Positions 1 through 8,784 of a DNA stretch of 64,000 bases are shown one piece after another. The stretch is from an uncultured Bacteroidales bacterium (GTDB lineage: Bacteria > Bacteroidota > Bacteroidia > Bacteroidales > UBA4417): positions 16,997-80,996 of the forward strand of contig CAWDHU010000025.1 in NCBI GenBank assembly GCA_963802185.1, given 5' to 3'. The notes beneath the pieces were generated by a model. That model ran no database searches. It saw only the letters and a program-made list of their open reading frames with translations, and was not told the origin of the DNA. Within the stretch, counting starts at the first letter, position 1. Each line of letters opens with the position of its first letter. The translations under genes were made by a program, and so were the position numbers.

Positions 1-2
1 AG

Positions 3-167
3 CACATTCACCTGTCGTTGTTGGATGAATCGGTTAAACCTGCTGAAATTGCCTCATACCTGGAGGCAGCAGGTAACCGTAATGTCCATATCTCAAAAAT
101 TGAACCATCTATCGAAGATTGTTTTATGGAAATGATGAGCGAGGAAAGTGGTACAAGTGAAAGTTGA
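3..167 (+). CDS. ABC transporter ATP-binding protein, C-terminal fragment (5' end outside window)
   Basis: The frame is open from the window edge and ends at TGA 165-167. The translation ...SKIEPSIEDCFMEMMSEESGTSES matches the C-terminal tail of ABC ATPases, and an ABC-2 operon follows. Confidence 0.55.
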   Translation, partial: HIHLSLLDESVKPAEIASYLEAAGNRNVHISKIEPSIEDCFMEMMSEESGTSES

Positions 168-439
168 AGTTGAGTGAGAGGCGGTAGGCGAGGGGGCGAC
201 TAGGCGAGGGGGTGATAGAGCGAATCTTTGAAAAGTTATTTTTTTGAAATATGGGAATTGATACTCTTCACCTCTGGAAATTAAAGTGGATTTGTCAACT
301 TATATCAAGAGAACATTAGAAAAAGAGAACATTAGAACAAAAGAACAAATGAATTAAAGAACCCTTATAGTACTCGTAGAAATCGCCCCGTCGCTCCCTC
401 TCCCCATCACCTTTCTCCCTAACCCCCAACCCCTAAAAA

Positions 440-1159
440 ATGCCAATCATTGAAGTAGAAAACCTGGTTAAAAAGTTCGGCAGTTTTGTGGCCAACGACC
501 ATCTGACTTTTTCGGTTGATGAAGGAGAGATTTATGGATTCCTGGGAGCAAATGGTGCGGGTAAAACCACGGCCATGAAAATCCTATGCGGGTTGACGGC
601 TCCTACATCCGGGAAAGTGAAAGTGGCCGGATATGATGTTTATCATCAATCGGAAATGATTAAGAAACGGATTGGCTACATGAGCCAGCGGTTTTCGCTT
701 TTCGAGGATTTAACGGTTTGGGAGAATTTCCAGTTTTTCGGAGGTATTTATGGATTGCCAAAAGCAAAAATTAAGGAAAGAACAACCGAACTCCTTGGCC
801 GGCTCGGACTGGAAAGCGAGAAAAATCAAATTCTGGGCTCACTCCCTTTGGGTTGGAAGCAAAAGCTGGCCTTTTCGGTAGCTATCATTCATAAGCCTTC
901 CATTGTTTTTCTCGATGAGCCTACCGGTGGAGTAGATCCGATCACGCGGCGGCAGTTCTGGGAAATCATCTACGAAACTGCAAGCCAGGGAATCACGGTT
1001 TTCGTAACCACACACTATATGGACGAAGCCGAGTATTGCAGGCGTGTAAGCATTATGGCTGATGGTAAGATTGTAGCCCTGGATACACCAGCTAACCTCA
1101 AAAGGCAATACAATGCAGCGAATATTGAGGAGGTCTTTCTCAAGATAGCTAGGAGTTGA
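440..1159 (+). CDS. ABC transporter ATP-binding protein
   Basis: 239-aa ORF with Walker A GANGAGKTT, signature-like LPLGWKQKL and Walker B VFLDEPTGGVD. Confidence 0.92.
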   Translation: MPIIEVENLVKKFGSFVANDHLTFSVDEGEIYGFLGANGAGKTTAMKILCGLTAPTSGKVKVAGYDVYHQSEMIKKRIGYMSQRFSLFEDLTVWENFQFFGGIYGLPKAKIKERTTELLGRLGLESEKNQILGSLPLGWKQKLAFSVAIIHKPSIVFLDEPTGGVDPITRRQFWEIIYETASQGITVFVTTHYMDEAEYCRRVSIMADGKIVALDTPANLKRQYNAANIEEVFLKIARS

Positions 1160-1299
1160 TCTGAAATATTAATTTACGAATTACGATTTACGAGGTACGA
1201 ATGAACCGAGGCATCGTAAAATTATATAAAGTATGAAAAAAGAGAAATTAATGAATCATCTTCCCCAATCGTAACTCGTAAATCTGAAATCGTACATCT

Positions 1300-2397
1300 A
1301 TGAAAGGTTTTATCATCAAAGAGTTTTACCATATTTTCCGCGACTACCGGTCGATGATCATACTGTTTGGTATGCCCGTGATACAGGTTTTGCTCTTTGG
1401 TTTTGCGCTTTCAACGGAAGTAAATAACGCTCCCATTGCTATTATCGATCATTCCAACGACCAGGTTACCAGGGCTATAACATCGAAACTGCTTTCGTCC
1501 GGTTTTTTTATTCTCAGCGACCAGGTGCCGGGCGAAGGGCATATCGAGGAGGTCTTCAGGCATGGCAAAGTAAAGGAGGTAATTATATTCGAAAGTGATT
1601 TTGCCTCAAAACTTGAAAAAAACCGCCAGGCCGGCATACAGGTAATTGCCGATGCCAGCGACCCGAACACGGCAAACCTGCTGGTAAGTTACACATCAGC
1701 CATTGTAAATGATTACCAGCAGGAATATCTTAAAGGGATGTCGCTGCCGGTTACCATCAACACGCAAACGCAAATGATGTACAACCCGGCTTTAAAAAGC
1801 GTTTTCATGTTTGTTCCAGGTGTTATCACGATATTGCTTATGCTGATTACAGCCATGATGACTTCCATTTCCATTGCCCGCGAAAAGGAAATGGGTACTA
1901 TGGAAGTCCTGCTTGTGTCGCCCATGCGTCCGATACAGATTATTGCAGGTAAAGTACTTCCGTATGTGTTACTTGCTTTCTCCAATGCACTTATCATCCT
2001 TCTGCTCAGTTACTTTGTGCTGCAAATGCCGGTAAAAGGCAGCCTGGTACTTCTGTTGGCCGAAAGCCTGCTGTTTATACTGATGGCTTTGTCGCTCGGG
2101 ATTTTTATTTCAACGGTAAGCAGCAGCCAGCAGATGGCCATGATGCTATCGATGTTTGCACTCATGCTTCCTACTATATTGTTAAGCGGGTTTATTTTCC
2201 CGATCGAGAACATGCCGCTTCCTTTGCAGATAATAAGTAACATCATGCCTCCGCGCTGGTTTATAATAATCGTAAAATCAATTATGATAAAAGGGCTTGG
2301 TTTTCAGTATATCTGGAAAGAAACCCTGATCATTGCAGGAATGGCGGTATTTTTTATTGCACTGAGTATTAAGAAGTTCAAGATAAGACTTGAGTAG
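1300..2397 (+). CDS. ABC-2 type transporter permease
   Basis: 365-aa ORF with one N-terminal TM, a large loop and a C-terminal multi-TM block. The REKEMGT(M/I)E motif is typical of the ABC-2 (YbhS/YbhR-like) family. It is a paralog of the next gene. Confidence 0.85.
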   Translation: MKGFIIKEFYHIFRDYRSMIILFGMPVIQVLLFGFALSTEVNNAPIAIIDHSNDQVTRAITSKLLSSGFFILSDQVPGEGHIEEVFRHGKVKEVIIFESDFASKLEKNRQAGIQVIADASDPNTANLLVSYTSAIVNDYQQEYLKGMSLPVTINTQTQMMYNPALKSVFMFVPGVITILLMLITAMMTSISIAREKEMGTMEVLLVSPMRPIQIIAGKVLPYVLLAFSNALIILLLSYFVLQMPVKGSLVLLLAESLLFILMALSLGIFISTVSSSQQMAMMLSMFALMLPTILLSGFIFPIENMPLPLQIISNIMPPRWFIIIVKSIMIKGLGFQYIWKETLIIAGMAVFFIALSIKKFKIRLE

Positions 2398-2582
2398 GAA
2401 GAGAAGGGCGAATGGGAGAGTGGGAGAAAGGTGACAAGGCGAGGGGCGACAAGACGAAAAATCTAATGTGCCCTATGTTCCAATTGTAGTAAAAATTGAA
2501 TTCAAAATGCAAAGGGTAAAATTCAAAAGTCAAAGTGAAGTTTTACCGGGAACTTGAAACGAGAAACACTGAAACAAATAAA

Positions 2583-3698
2583 TTGAAAACAATACGCTAC
2601 ATATTACAAAAAGAATTCAGGCAGATTTTCCGCAATAAGTCGATGTTGCCTATCATTTTCGTTATCCCGATTGTACAATTGCTGATACTCGCTTTTGCCG
2701 TTACATTTGAAATCAAAAATATCAACCTGGTGATTGTGGATCAGGATCATTCAGTGGCTTCGCGCCAGCTTGTTTCAAAGTTTGCTGCACCCCCGTTTTA
2801 TCATATAAAAGCATATGCTGATTCGTATCTGCAGGCTGAAGAACTGTTAAAGACCGGTAAGGCCCACCAGATACTGATCATCCCCAGCCGTTTTGAACGC
2901 GACCTTCAAAAAGAATCAAAAGCATCAGTTCAGCTGATTACCAATGCCATCGACGGAAGCGCAGCCGCTATTATGAATGCGTATGGCAATTCGATTATTA
3001 TGGATTATAACCAGGATATACTTGTTGATCTGACAGGAGGAATGGAAATTAAACCACCATTCGATTTACGGTATTCATACTGGTTTAACCCGGAATTGGA
3101 TTACAAAACCTATATGGTGCCAGGAATACTTGTATTGCTCGTTACTATAATCGGCATGTTTTTATCCTCCATGAACGTGGTGCGTGAAAAGGAAATGGGC
3201 ACCATCGAGCAGATCAATGTTTCGCCGGTAAAGAAATACCAGTTTGTAGTTGGCAAGCTGCTTCCATTCTGGTTTATTGCCTTATTCGAACTGGGTTTCG
3301 GCCTGACGCTTGCGCGTATCGTTTTTGGAATCCCAATTCTGGGAAGTTTGTGGCTGATATTTGGAGTGGCATCGGTATATTTATTAGCTGTACTGGGCAT
3401 CGGACTTTTAATATCAACCCTGGTAAATACGCAGCAACAAGCTATGTTTCTTGCATGGTTTTTTGCAGTGGTTTTTATTATGATGAGCGGCCTGTTCACG
3501 CCTACTGACAGCATGCCTGAATGGGCTCAGCAGGTTAATGTCATAAACCCGATAGCCTATTTTATCAAAATTATCAGGATGATTATGCTCAAAGGATCCC
3601 AGTTTCAGGATATTCTGAAGCCGTTTATTGCTATTGCGATATATGCTGTATGTTCGCTAACACTGGCAGTTTGGCGTTACCGGAAAGTTGCTTCCTGA
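2583..3698 (+). CDS. ABC-2 type transporter permease (second paralog)
   Basis: The ORF is open from GTG 2535. TTG 2583 gives (M)KTIRYILQKEFRQIFRN, which aligns with the N-terminus MKGFIIKEFYHIFRD of the upstream paralog. It also carries the REKEMGTIE motif. The start codon is uncertain (2535 or 2583). Confidence 0.8.
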   Translation: MKTIRYILQKEFRQIFRNKSMLPIIFVIPIVQLLILAFAVTFEIKNINLVIVDQDHSVASRQLVSKFAAPPFYHIKAYADSYLQAEELLKTGKAHQILIIPSRFERDLQKESKASVQLITNAIDGSAAAIMNAYGNSIIMDYNQDILVDLTGGMEIKPPFDLRYSYWFNPELDYKTYMVPGILVLLVTIIGMFLSSMNVVREKEMGTIEQINVSPVKKYQFVVGKLLPFWFIALFELGFGLTLARIVFGIPILGSLWLIFGVASVYLLAVLGIGLLISTLVNTQQQAMFLAWFFAVVFIMMSGLFTPTDSMPEWAQQVNVINPIAYFIKIIRMIMLKGSQFQDILKPFIAIAIYAVCSLTLAVWRYRKVAS

Positions 3699-3924
3699 TT
3701 ACTCCAGGTTGGAGGTTATAATTTAGATTTCAGGATTTGTATTTTTTAGAATATCTGTAATACCCTGATAAAATATTCCTTAGAAGAATGATTAAACTAA
3801 CTTTCTGAAGTGATAGCAATTCGTCTGAGCTTTACCAGGAAGCAAACAGAGCCTTGTAAATACAATTCACACTAAGTTTCGATTCATCCAATCAGAAAGA
3901 GCTACTCTTGTTGAAAGGAACTTT

Positions 3925-4554
3925 TTATTCTCTTATTACCTGGTTGAGCAAGCTATCAATATAAGCACCGGGATTCTTGTATAAATCAGATCCCGGTTTA
4001 TTATTTGAGCTAAAAACATATTTAACCGAATAGCCATTTATTTCAAACCTGCCTCCAGATTGTGAGAATCCACTCCATGCCTCCGGTTGGTTTATCCTCA
4101 AATCTTTTCTTGAGGATAATAAGCTGTCAACATGTATAATATTATGATTGTACACATTTAATTCTTTACCCGAAAATCCACTTCTTCTGAAATCAGAGAT
4201 TGGATTTTCTTTTGAATCGAAGATTACCAGAATAAAATCCTTATCCGTATGAAAATTGATGTCGATGGTGTTATCCTGGAATGCATAGAAGAGGGAAACA
4301 GATATTCCCAGTATAATTTCTCCGAGCAGAATTTTGTAGTACGCCAGTCTTTTAACTAACACCCTGTCAATGACATAAAGGAGTATTAAAAATATAGTTA
4401 TTTGCAAAGTGACTGCTGCATATAATGCTGCTGAATGATTGCCGCTAAAAACGATGAAAGCCCATATGGTCGCAACCAGGCTTACTGCAGTAATTACAGT
4501 TAGTGGTGTGACGGGTAGAACCAGATTTTTAAGGAAGGTCTTTGTTTTAGTCAT
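3925..4554 (-). CDS. hypothetical membrane protein (3 N-terminal TM helices plus a soluble domain)
   Basis: 209-aa ORF with clear hydrophobic helices in the first ~100 aa. No family was recognised. Confidence 0.6.
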   Translation of the reverse strand: MTKTKTFLKNLVLPVTPLTVITAVSLVATIWAFIVFSGNHSAALYAAVTLQITIFLILLYVIDRVLVKRLAYYKILLGEIILGISVSLFYAFQDNTIDINFHTDKDFILVIFDSKENPISDFRRSGFSGKELNVYNHNIIHVDSLLSSRKDLRINQPEAWSGFSQSGGRFEINGYSVKYVFSSNNKPGSDLYKNPGAYIDSLLNQVIRE

Positions 4555-4691
4555 AGTCTTAATCTCTATTAAAACTGCTCACAAGGGTTGAGGTTATGAA
4601 ATGTAAAAATAGTCATTAAAGTAGTTTTGATTGAGCACAATGTTGACCCTGTTTCTAATTTATTCTTCTGCCAAAATGCGTTTCTGTCACT

Positions 4692-5363
4692 CTATTTGTT
4701 TGACAAAACAAGAATGTCTTTTGGCTTAAGTATATTTTTCTCGTAGCCATGAAGCATCGAATTGATCATGGCCAGGCCAATCTGTGAGGTAGTTACTACA
4801 GAATCTGGCGCAATGGCTTTAATTCCTTTTACCAGCCACATAAAATAATCGTACATAAACTGGTAACTCTTTGTTCTTGATTTGATTCCCCTTAGCGGGA
4901 TAATTGCACCTGGCCGGAACATGAAAGCCTGTTTAAAACCCAGGTGAAGCAGGTCGTTTTCGGTCTTCCCTTTTATACGTGCCCACATCATACTACCTTT
5001 TTCCGACGAATCAGTACCCTGGCCCGAAACATAATTGAATGTCATTTGCGGATTGATTTCCAAAAGCGTCTTAGCCAGTGAGAGCGTATACTCGTAGGTG
5101 ATTCGTTTATATTGTTCCTCATTCAGGCCGGCGGCGCTTATCCCAAGGCAGAAGAAACAGGCGTCGTAACCTGAAAGCTGTTCCAGGGAACCTGAGAAAC
5201 CGGTAAAATCTTTATGAATCAATTCTTTTAATTTCGGATGTTCAATACCTACCGGATTTCTCCCTATAACCAACACTTCATCAATGGAATTATGGTCTAA
5301 ACATTCCAGTAAAACGCCTTTTCCAACCATTCCGGTTGCACCTGTTATGATTACTTTCTTCAT
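4692..5363 (-). CDS. NAD(P)H-binding Rossmann-fold protein (atypical SDR/epimerase-like)
   Basis: The N-terminus MKKVIITGATGMVGKGV contains the TGxxGxxG dinucleotide-binding motif. 223 aa. Confidence 0.8.
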   Translation of the reverse strand: MKKVIITGATGMVGKGVLLECLDHNSIDEVLVIGRNPVGIEHPKLKELIHKDFTGFSGSLEQLSGYDACFFCLGISAAGLNEEQYKRITYEYTLSLAKTLLEINPQMTFNYVSGQGTDSSEKGSMMWARIKGKTENDLLHLGFKQAFMFRPGAIIPLRGIKSRTKSYQFMYDYFMWLVKGIKAIAPDSVVTTSQIGLAMINSMLHGYEKNILKPKDILVLSNK

Positions 5364-5561
5364 AAATGAATATTATTGTTGTTAACGAACGAATTGTTTT
5401 AACCTTTAATCCCAAATCGCTGCAATTTCACCCGGACTTATTTTTTGTAAAGATCGCACTGTTTCTGCTTTTAAGCTATTCACTTCAAAACTTACAGGCT
5501 GTTGAATATCATGAAAAACAATCTGAAATGAAAATGAGGATTGATTAAAATGAAATGTATT

Positions 5562-6371
5562 TTAGAGTTTGGTCACATCAATTTTAAAGAGTTTTGCAGC
5601 ATTTTTCCACAGTATCAGTTCCTTTTTATCTTCGGGGAGATCCAATTGTTTCATAAAGTTGAGGTACGATTTCATGGTCGATATCGGCCAGTCGGTTCCG
5701 TACAAAAGATACTCAGGTTCCCCTGCATAAAGTATCATTTCTTCGAGCTGGCTTTTCATGTATTTTTCAAATTTTTCGGTAAAATCCCCCAATACCAGCC
5801 CCGAAAAATCGGTGTACACATTTTGGTTTTTGTAAACCACTTCCATGCAATCCTTTATCCAGGGATTACCTACATGGCATATCACTATTTTCATATCAGG
5901 ATTATCCACAGCAACATCATCGATGTGAATCGGATGGGCAAAGCGAATCCTTCCTTTAGGTGTGTATGTATCGCCCGAATGGAACATAACCGGCACATCG
6001 AATTCAACAGCCAGGTCGTACACAACTTTAAGCCGGTTATCGTAAGGATAAAAGGGCTCGTAGCCAGGGTAAAGTTTAAGGCCTTTAATGAGCCCGTCTT
6101 CCAGGTAATCACTCAGCTCACGCAGATCTTTTTCCCTGTAATCCGAAAAACTGATGCCTGCAATTACCCCAAGATTCTTACGATCGCGGGTGGCTTCCAC
6201 TACTTTTTTGATGCCAGGCCTGTTTTCGTTTACAGCATAAGAAGTTAGAATCAGGGCATAATCCACCGAGTTGTCGGCCATGGTATCGGTAAGCTGGTTC
6301 AGGCAATCCTCAAGAGATACTACTCTGTCGGTGTGATAGTTATTAATATGAGTATGTGCGTCAATTATCAT
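5562..6371 (-). CDS. amidohydrolase-family metal-dependent hydrolase (TIM barrel)
   Basis: MIIDAHTHINNYH at the N-terminus carries an HxH metal motif, with later H/D residues (MFHSGD, ICHVGNPW, GTDWP). 269 aa. Confidence 0.8.
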   Translation of the reverse strand: MIIDAHTHINNYHTDRVVSLEDCLNQLTDTMADNSVDYALILTSYAVNENRPGIKKVVEATRDRKNLGVIAGISFSDYREKDLRELSDYLEDGLIKGLKLYPGYEPFYPYDNRLKVVYDLAVEFDVPVMFHSGDTYTPKGRIRFAHPIHIDDVAVDNPDMKIVICHVGNPWIKDCMEVVYKNQNVYTDFSGLVLGDFTEKFEKYMKSQLEEMILYAGEPEYLLYGTDWPISTMKSYLNFMKQLDLPEDKKELILWKNAAKLFKIDVTKL

Positions 6372-6595
6372 TTTTCAGAATTAATTTGTTTATAAATGGG
6401 AGAATAAATATTGCTTGTTTACTGGCAATATACGAAAATAAACTGAATGTTTATCGTTCGGCTCATGAGTTGTGAGGGTTTTATTCATTTGCTTTTCTAT
6501 ACTATGAAAAAATTGAATTCAATCGGACGCCACAACCAGAGAGGTTTTAAGAAGTATGTGGCCTTTATTTTAATATGAAATATGTAAAAAAGCCA

Positions 6596-6763
6596 GAAAA
6601 CGGCTGAGGCTATTAGGAGTGGCTGATGACTTGATACGCTCATGCATGAGACTACTTCGCTAGGTTGCGTGGTACTTAGCTGTCAACCAACACGAACGAT
6701 TGTGCGGGCAACGAACCTTAAATTATATTTCCATACCAGCCATTTGTTATTGCCTTTGTTAGC
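6596..6763 (-). repeat. attC-like structured repeat, distal (terminal) variant of the cassette array
   Basis: The + strand reads GAAAAC-GGCTGAGGCTATTAGGAGTGGCTG ... CAGCCATTTGTTATTGCCT-TT-GTTAGC. The arms pair with G:T wobbles. The outer R box is hybrid (GTTTTC on the minus strand), as expected for the last site of an array. Confidence 0.65.
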
Positions 6764-6781
6764 AAAGGTTTTTATTCAAAT

Positions 6782-7039
6782 TCAGTCATAATGAAATCTG
6801 CATTTCGCAATTAATATTTCATCGTCTTTCACTTTATATATCAATCTATGTTCGCTATCAATTCTGCGCGACCAAAATCCTTTATACTTATATTTCAATG
6901 GCTCTGGTTTTCCTATGCCTGAAAAAGGTGTTCGTGAAATGTCTTTCAGCAAGTCATTTATTTTGGACAACATTTTCTTATCTGTTTTTTGCCAATACAA
7001 ATAATCCTCCCAAGACTCATCTACAAATATGTATCTCAT
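6782..7039 (-). CDS. yoeB: YoeB/Txe-family toxin (mRNA interferase)
   Basis: The 85-aa translation WEDYLYWQKTDKKMLSKINDLLKDISRTPFSGIGKPEPLKYKYKGFWSRRIDSEHRLIYKV...RFHY is diagnostic of YoeB. It overlaps the antitoxin gene by 4 bp. Confidence 0.92.
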   Translation of the reverse strand: MRYIFVDESWEDYLYWQKTDKKMLSKINDLLKDISRTPFSGIGKPEPLKYKYKGFWSRRIDSEHRLIYKVKDDEILIAKCRFHYD

Positions 7040-7290
7040 TGTTCTGAAAGGTCTTTCTGAAATGATGAGCCTGTTCTGAGCTTTTCAATAGCTGAATCTA
7101 ATCTTTTTTCATTTGTCTTGGATGACAATTCGTGATAAGTTGCATTAAGCGAATTATACTCGTCTAATGACATAATGACCACCCCGCTGTCTTTGCCTCT
7201 GTTAATTATCAAGGTTTCAAAGTTTTCAGTCACACGGTCAAGATAGTGCTTAATATCTTTTCTAAAATCGGAAATTGTTGTTGTTAACAT
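7036..7290 (-). CDS. yefM: Phd/YefM-family antitoxin
   Basis: MLTTTISDFRKDIKHYLDRVTENFETLIINRGKDSGVVIMSLDEYNSL has the YefM N-terminal fold signature. ATG 7290 is preferred over the upstream 7335 start of the ORF track. Confidence 0.85.
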   Translation of the reverse strand: MLTTTISDFRKDIKHYLDRVTENFETLIINRGKDSGVVIMSLDEYNSLNATYHELSSKTNEKRLDSAIEKLRTGSSFQKDLSEQ

Positions 7291-7379
7291 GATATTGGTT
7301 ACTTTGTACGTTTCAGAGTACAAATATAAGTACAAATAGTGGAATATTGTTATTTTGGTCAGATTTTTTTAAAACAGTT

Positions 7380-7531
7380 GCTAACGGATGACGCTATGGC
7401 AAGTGCGGGAATAAATTGTTGCTCAACTGTCTGCCAGCACGACCTGTCCCGATTTATCGGGAAATGTATGTAAAGATTTCTAATGTTTCAACGAACACGC
7501 AAACCCGCATTTGCTATAGCGTTTGTTATGG
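7380..7531 (-). repeat. attC-like structured repeat (with a 21-bp hairpin insertion)
   Basis: GCTAAC-GGATG-ACGCTATGGCAAGTGCGGG ... CCCGCATTTGCTATAGCGT-TT-GTTATGG. Relative to the other copies it has an extra CCTGTCCCGATTTATCGGGAAATG segment. Confidence 0.75.
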
Positions 7532-7569
7532 GCAGTTTTTAATTTTCTAAGGTTCTTTTTGATTTTACA

Positions 7570-8043
7570 CTAATCAAATAATTGTTTGTCGATAAGTTTT
7601 ATTCTTTTCTTGTCTTTTTCTCTACCAAAGAGTTGAAAAATTCTCTTCTGTTCATTTAAAGTTGGAATTTTTATTTCAAAATTTCCAACAGCAATAGATT
7701 CATTTTCTGTGATTTCAAGCCGTTCCCAAATCCCCTTTTTATTCACTTTTAGGTCTCCCATTATTTCTATGTCCAAAACGGAGAATTTGTACCTGGCAAA
7801 TTTTGAAGAGAATAGTTTATCATCTGACGTGATATGCTCTTTAGTTAGCCGATTACCCCATTCTTCCCTTAAGAAATCGGCATCCCTATCGCTTACTAAA
7901 ATATCTATATCATACATTTTGTCAAGTTCAAATCCAGACAAGTTGAGTGCTGCTGAACCTATCAAATAGAAGTTATCCTTAAGCAATAGCAATGAATGGG
8001 AGGCTTCCTCTAGAGTATAAAATATTTTCTCTTCAATAGTCAT
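7570..8043 (-). CDS. nucleotidyltransferase-fold protein (cassette gene)
   Basis: 157 aa. GSAALNLSGFELDKMYDIDILV matches the G[SG]-x(9-13)-DxD minimal NTase motif. The substrate is unknown. Confidence 0.6.
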   Translation of the reverse strand: MTIEEKIFYTLEEASHSLLLLKDNFYLIGSAALNLSGFELDKMYDIDILVSDRDADFLREEWGNRLTKEHITSDDKLFSSKFARYKFSVLDIEIMGDLKVNKKGIWERLEITENESIAVGNFEIKIPTLNEQKRIFQLFGREKDKKRIKLIDKQLFD

Positions 8044-8097
8044 AAACGTCTTTTGGATTTGTATAGAATTTCAATTTATGGGCATGTGCTTTATTTT

Positions 8098-8457
8098 TCA
8101 ATGATGTAAAGTATGTGATGAAATTAAACCTACTATTATAATCACGAGCAATATTGCTGTCAGTGCTTCCTTACGTAAAAATCTTTCTTTTGCTTTTCTA
8201 ATATAATTCAATAAGGTTTTCCAGTTATAAACAAGATGGAGTATTAAGAATATTATGAATAATACTCCAGATACATTATGTACAGACATCCAGAAATGTC
8301 TTGCTTGTGTCAATTCAAGTTGATACGTATGGTTCATAAAACCTGTAAAGGGTAAAAACAGTCCTGATATAAACATAGTTGTCGAAATGAATGCCCTTTT
8401 ATTAAACTGTTTCTTTTTTGCTACTATTTCCATATTATATTTTTTTAAGTTTTTCAT
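8098..8457 (-). CDS. hypothetical membrane protein (3-4 TM, His-rich) in the same cassette as the NTase-fold gene
   Basis: 119-aa ORF with hydrophobic helices. It lies between the same two attC-like sites as 7570-8043. Confidence 0.5.
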   Translation of the reverse strand: MKNLKKYNMEIVAKKKQFNKRAFISTTMFISGLFLPFTGFMNHTYQLELTQARHFWMSVHNVSGVLFIIFLILHLVYNWKTLLNYIRKAKERFLRKEALTAILLVIIIVGLISSHTLHH

Positions 8458-8610
8458 TTTCTATTGGAATGATATGTCCCGATTGCGAATGTATATTCAT
8501 TTCCGGTGTCATGATAATTATTTTTGTCAAGGCGAGTATTGTTTGTTAGTCAATGTCCAATGTCAAGATTAACAATCATGTTTTGTCTTGTTGTCTTTTG
8601 TTCTAGCATT

Positions 8611-8744
8611 GCCCATAACGGTTGAGTGTAGCAGCAGTAAGGGATTGCGGACGACAAAACTGTCCACCACCACAAAAGTTTGAGCGTGGTAGAATGCTTG
8701 AAATACCACTGAAACCCTTATTGCTGCTACACTTTGTTATGGGC
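8611..8744 (-). repeat. attC-like structured repeat (sequence-divergent, structure-conserved variant)
   Basis: GCCCATAAC-GGTTGA-GTGTAGCAGCAGTAAGGG ... CCCTTATTGCTGCTACAC-TTT-GTTATGGGC. The R boxes and spacer are the same as in the other copies. The stem sequence is entirely different but still pairs. Confidence 0.75.
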
Positions 8745-8784
8745 TGTGCCTTATCTCTATTTTTTATTATTCTCAATTTCATAG

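Noticed and set aside
5541-6248. 235-aa ORF on the + strand overlapping the amidohydrolase gene (plus 5366-5548).
   Set aside because: It is antisense to a well-supported amidohydrolase ORF. The translation is Phe/His/Ile-rich with no motifs.
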